Assembly: GCA_973895155.1 (NCBI GenBank)
Contig: OZ316892.1
Coordinates: forward strand, 9,528,283-9,592,282
DNA length: 64,000 nucleotides
Direction: 5' to 3'
DNA from: Marsupella aquatica
Lineage: Eukaryota > Plantae > Marchantiophyta
Shown: positions 61,501 through 64,000 of the stretch, one piece after another
Numbering within the stretch: the stretch's first letter is position 1
Layout of the letters: each line of letters opens with the position of its first letter
Made by a program: the position numbers and the translations under genes
Notes under the pieces: generated by a model
Told to the model about the DNA's origin: nothing
What the model saw: only the letters and a program-made list of their open reading frames with translations
Databases searched by the model: none

Positions 61501-63213
61501 TATGGCAAAGAGTTCAAGACCCAGATGATCCATTACAATTTCTCAGATGTGGGATGACCCGTTTGTCTGCATTATCACAGTTGCCATATTGGTCAGATAT
61601 GCCCATTAATCACTTGTTAGATCCGATGCACTTTGAGGGGAATGTGGGGAGGTCATTGATTCGTCATCTATATGGGGAGAAGAACCACAATTGGAGAGAA
61701 AGTTGTGAGGAGATGGGGATGCATGGTCTTCTTGATTTTTGGCCATCTTTGGACCCCCTGGAGACCCCCTAGCATCCATCCACCTTGGGTTTTGACTGGG
61801 GCAGAGCGCACTGAGTTTCGCAGACGTATTGGGTCAATGAGGTTTCCCACAGGTTATGGCGCAAATCTCCGAAAAGCATTTGGGGGGGATGATTCTCCAA
61901 AATGGCCATCTTACTTGAAAACACATGATTATCATCGGTTACTAGAACATGTCATTCCAGTTGCAATTATTGGATTGGGTAGTGAGGAACTTCGTGATGC
62001 CCTTTGGTCATTGGGAAAGCTTTTGAGATGGGTATGTCAGAAGGAGGTACAGGAGGATGAAACTGCTGCAATGGAGATATTTGGAGTAGAGGTTATTTGT
62101 AAGTTGGAGAAGGCACTCCCTCCCTCTTTCTTTGATGGCCAGGTTCATTTTCTCATACATTTAGTGCATGAGGTTGCAATTGCAGGCCCAGTGCATTGTC
62201 GATGGATGTATTGGGTTGAGCGTTATATGGGGGTGATGAAGTCGTACGTCTCTAATCGCGCTAGGGTGGAAGCTAGCATTGCAGAGCGTCATCTTGGAGC
62301 AGAGAGTATGTTTTATTGTACAAACATAGTTGCCACACTAGATCCTAACGCTCCTAGGGGATGGATACCTGAGGCAGCGCGAGAGGCGGACTATGAGGAT
62401 GATAGACTCACTGGGGCATCAGGAGAGCGTCTCTTGAGCTCAGCGGAGCGTTTGCAGCTCACAACATTTATGTTGTATAATTCACCAGAGGTTGTAGGGG
62501 AGTGGACAACATTTTATGAGGAGGAGAAGAAAAATAGTCGGCGACCACGATTATTTCCCAAGTTTCACCCATACATGAAGTCAAAGATGCTAGAAGTGGA
62601 TGCCTTGGTGGGTATTGGGGAGAGCATATCACACTTCCCAAAGGTGACTGATAAGCTTCATACCTTGATTCATGGTCCACTACTTATAGTCACGACTCGG
62701 ACAGCCATGTGGTCCAAGGGGAGACATTTTCGTGTTGAACGACTTGATGAGAAGAGGGCAGCTACACAAGATTGTGGGGTGATGGGTTGGTTCACCCAGG
62801 ATTCACAGAGTAGCACATCAGACAGGAATCCCATTCGGTCCACCGTCGCCCATTATGGAAAGATTGAGGAAATCCTTACCATAAAGTACCATGCACATAC
62901 TACTTTGGAGGAAGTGGTATTAAAGTGCAAATGGTTCAAGATGAATCTTGTGGGCCACAACCGGACATGTGAAGATGATGCATGCGGTTTTACCCGGTTG
63001 AAGACAACCACAAATAGTGTCATCAGCTCAAACTGGAGGTCCTCAGATCCCTTTGCATTCCCCCATCACCTTGAACAATGTTTTTACCTACCCTATCCAG
63101 ATGACTCAGATTGGTCCATTGTCATGCCATACATTCCACGATCACGATCCATCGTCCAGGATAGACCTAACGTAGTTATAGTGGAAGATACTAACATTCC
63201 CTCCACTAGTTAG
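58575..63213 (+). CDS. CACTA TnpD (Tnp2) transposase: exons 58575-58805, 59987-61133, 61255-63213; one frameshift at the C-run near 61765
   Basis: Exon 1 has PCWCVRCK...HIENYG (transposase-associated domain). Core motifs IHACVNDCILF, CPECEKPRY, RYFPLIPRL, RLGLAADG, WPVVLTNYNIPPW, YLQPLIDEL, TMHDLPG, LDPMH, LKTHDYH, PPSFFD, HLVHE, GPVHCRWMYWVER, YGKIEEI, KCKWF. Confidence 0.92.
58923..59866 (+). CDS. SET-domain protein exon inside the CACTA element, preceded by shared exon 58575-58805
   Basis: VKDSSIGADIGYGLYALEDI (motif I), FPYIG (YxG), IDG, NLAGYINS...AN (motif III variant), VAVRTIRAGEELLCDY (motif IV). Acceptor aaatag at 58922. One extra C in the run near 59007 is needed to join it to exon 1. 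Confidence 0.8.
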
Positions 63214-64000
63214 ATATCTAGTACATCAAAGGCGGAGCTAACCCCTACCATCTTATTTGTGGCTATTTTATTGGCATTACATATTTATCGGCATTTCATG
63301 TGTTCTCACACTCTACCATTGCATAAACTATATTGCTACAAGTATCCAGGATCAAACCATGACCACAATACAATGTCCCATTGTCAATCCCATGGAATCT
63401 ACATCGCACAGGCATCGGTACTCGGCCGGAGAACTAAACCTCTTTCCGATATTGAAAGTGACGGGACACATGCGATTCAAAACCTATCGGACACATTTTT
63501 CCGTTCCAGAAACCATCGGACCCCTCGGCAAAAATGATGAAGGAGGGGTCCGATATGCTTACCTTTGGACAACTTCCGATACTGTAACTATCGCACGTAG
63601 GTTCCAAAGCAATGTCTTTCCCAATATTATGTCCGTTGGTTTAAATATCGGACAATGTCCGTTTGTTTTTCCAACGAGCCTCAGGTCCGAGTGTAACTGC
63701 ATCGGAAGCTAAAGCCTTACTTTTGTCGTCTTTTTGCGATGCTATTAATTTCGGACATTGTTCGATAGTTCTGGTATGGGATAGTTTTTGCGAAGCATTT
63801 TCCATCGGTACATTTATTTCCGATATATCATGAATCGGAAATTACGATGGTTTTAATATCGGAAGTTGTTCGATGCGTTCGGTTTCGGATGGCTAAAAGA
63901 AGCCGCGATTTGAGTATCGGAAAGAGACCAAAAATGTACTAGTGGAGGCTTGTGCTTCAGAGCAGAAGCATGAGTAGAATGCAGCAATGCAGAGGGAGTT

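Larger units (their letters stand above)
54110..63944. mobile_element. Complete CACTA (En/Spm) DNA transposon, 9835 bp
   Basis: Left end CACTAGTACATTTTCGG; right end (reverse complement) CACTAGTACATTTTTGG. 3-bp TSD GAG (54107-54109, 63945-63947). Many TCCGA/TCGGA subterminal repeats; encodes TnpD. Confidence 0.97.
49365..64000 (+). mobile_element. Ty1/Copia LTR retrotransposon, degenerate, interrupted by a CACTA element; continues beyond the window
   Basis: 5' LTR 49365-49708, PBS, gag-PR-INT 51581-54109. The frame resumes after the CACTA at 63945 as EACASEQKHE*NAAMQRE, the start of the RT region. Confidence 0.95.

Overview
Eukaryotic, intron-containing plant genomic DNA, most consistent with a seed-free land plant such as a bryophyte (inferred from gene and TE types, not proven). 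It is dominated by transposons. Apparently intact genes: a 4-exon GDSL lipase (+), a 12-exon plastidic glucose transporter (-) and a 2-exon trihelix Myb/SANT gene (-) that may be host or Harbinger-derived. Other content: a 3'-truncated TFIIB copy; a mosaic of gene fragments (fungal-type beta-propeller, GH3 glucosidase, acetyl-CoA carboxylase); a frameshifted TET/JBP-like dioxygenase; a Sola-like DDD transposase; a Ty3/Gypsy pol ending in a PHD finger; a CRE-like LINE relic; a solo LTR; and a Ty1/Copia element of the same LTR family, interrupted by a complete 9.8-kb CACTA transposon (TIRs plus GAG target duplication). The highlight is that this CACTA carries a SET-domain (lysine methyltransferase-like) exon inside its transposase gene. 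One first exon could splice either to the SET exon or to TnpD, and the TnpA-like gene is transcribed divergently. Several independent elements in the window carry predicted chromatin reader or writer domains (SET, PHD, TET/JBP-like, Tudor-like). All calls come from manual reading and motif recognition; no database searches were run.
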